Source: an uncultured delta proteobacterium
GTDB taxonomy: Bacteria > Myxococcota > Kuafuiibacteriia > Kuafuiibacteriales > Kuafuiibacteriaceae
Length of the DNA: 64,000 nt
NCBI GenBank assembly: GCA_963803435.1
Contig: CAWDML010000001.1
Span: forward strand, 736,001 to 800,000
Reading direction: 5' to 3'
Both the position numbers and the translations under genes were made by a program. Positions 63,832 to 64,000 of this stretch are shown here, one piece after another; the first letter of the stretch is position 1; each line of letters starts with the position of its first letter. The notes below the pieces were generated by a model, which saw only the letters and a program-made list of their open reading frames with translations, ran no database searches and was not told the DNA's origin.

Positions 63832-64000
63832 ATGCGCTCCGTTCGGCTGTGCCAGCTCGAGTATCAGTGGTCGGTGGCGCAGATCGAGTACGCGCAGGAC
63901 ATCATCTTCAAGCGCCGTGCCCCATTGCGAGATCTCTTCCGGCGAGCGACCGAGATCGGCGTCTCCCTCGGTGGTTCGACGCAGACGCGGAACATCTTCG
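63832..64000 (+). CDS. Partial ORF running off the window; resembles the middle of uncharacterised IS-associated proteins
   Basis: MRSVRLCQLEYQWSVAQIEYAQDIIFKRRAPLRDLFRRATEIG...RNIF, open to the window end. Confidence 0.35.
   Translation, partial: MRSVRLCQLEYQWSVAQIEYAQDIIFKRRAPLRDLFRRATEIGVSLGGSTQTRNIF

Overview
This is a high-GC, gene-dense bacterial window. Its content points to a Myxococcota or similar deltaproteobacterium (inference): many Cys-anchored lipoproteins with 'DAG' linkers, ASH/choice-of-anchor D repeat proteins, a TonB-fused receptor and an HRDLSPxN-type Ser/Thr kinase. Housekeeping genes are gcvP, manA, pgi, thyA-folA, bioBADF, hutF, grxD and fxsA. Three accessory blocks stand out. 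(1) A ~9.5 kb metal-handling island (8.7-18.3 kb) begins with a His-rich membrane leader ending in RAPP-S-A-stop. Its last codons can base-pair with the Shine-Dalgarno of the downstream TonB-fused receptor, which suggests a metal-sensing ribosome-arrest switch. The island also has an MbnH-like di-heme enzyme without MbnP, a YcnI protein and small cytochromes. (2) A six-gene soluble-FtsH/MoxR/vWA-like 'FtsH ternary' conflict operon (37.3-45.9 kb). (3) A GH3 amide synthetase paired with a heme-oxygenase-like diiron enzyme (5.3-7.5 kb). Two genes carry single-base insertions that are probably assembly errors. Several genes look leaderless. No rRNA, tRNA or CRISPR array was seen. All family calls come from motif recognition by eye; no database search was run.
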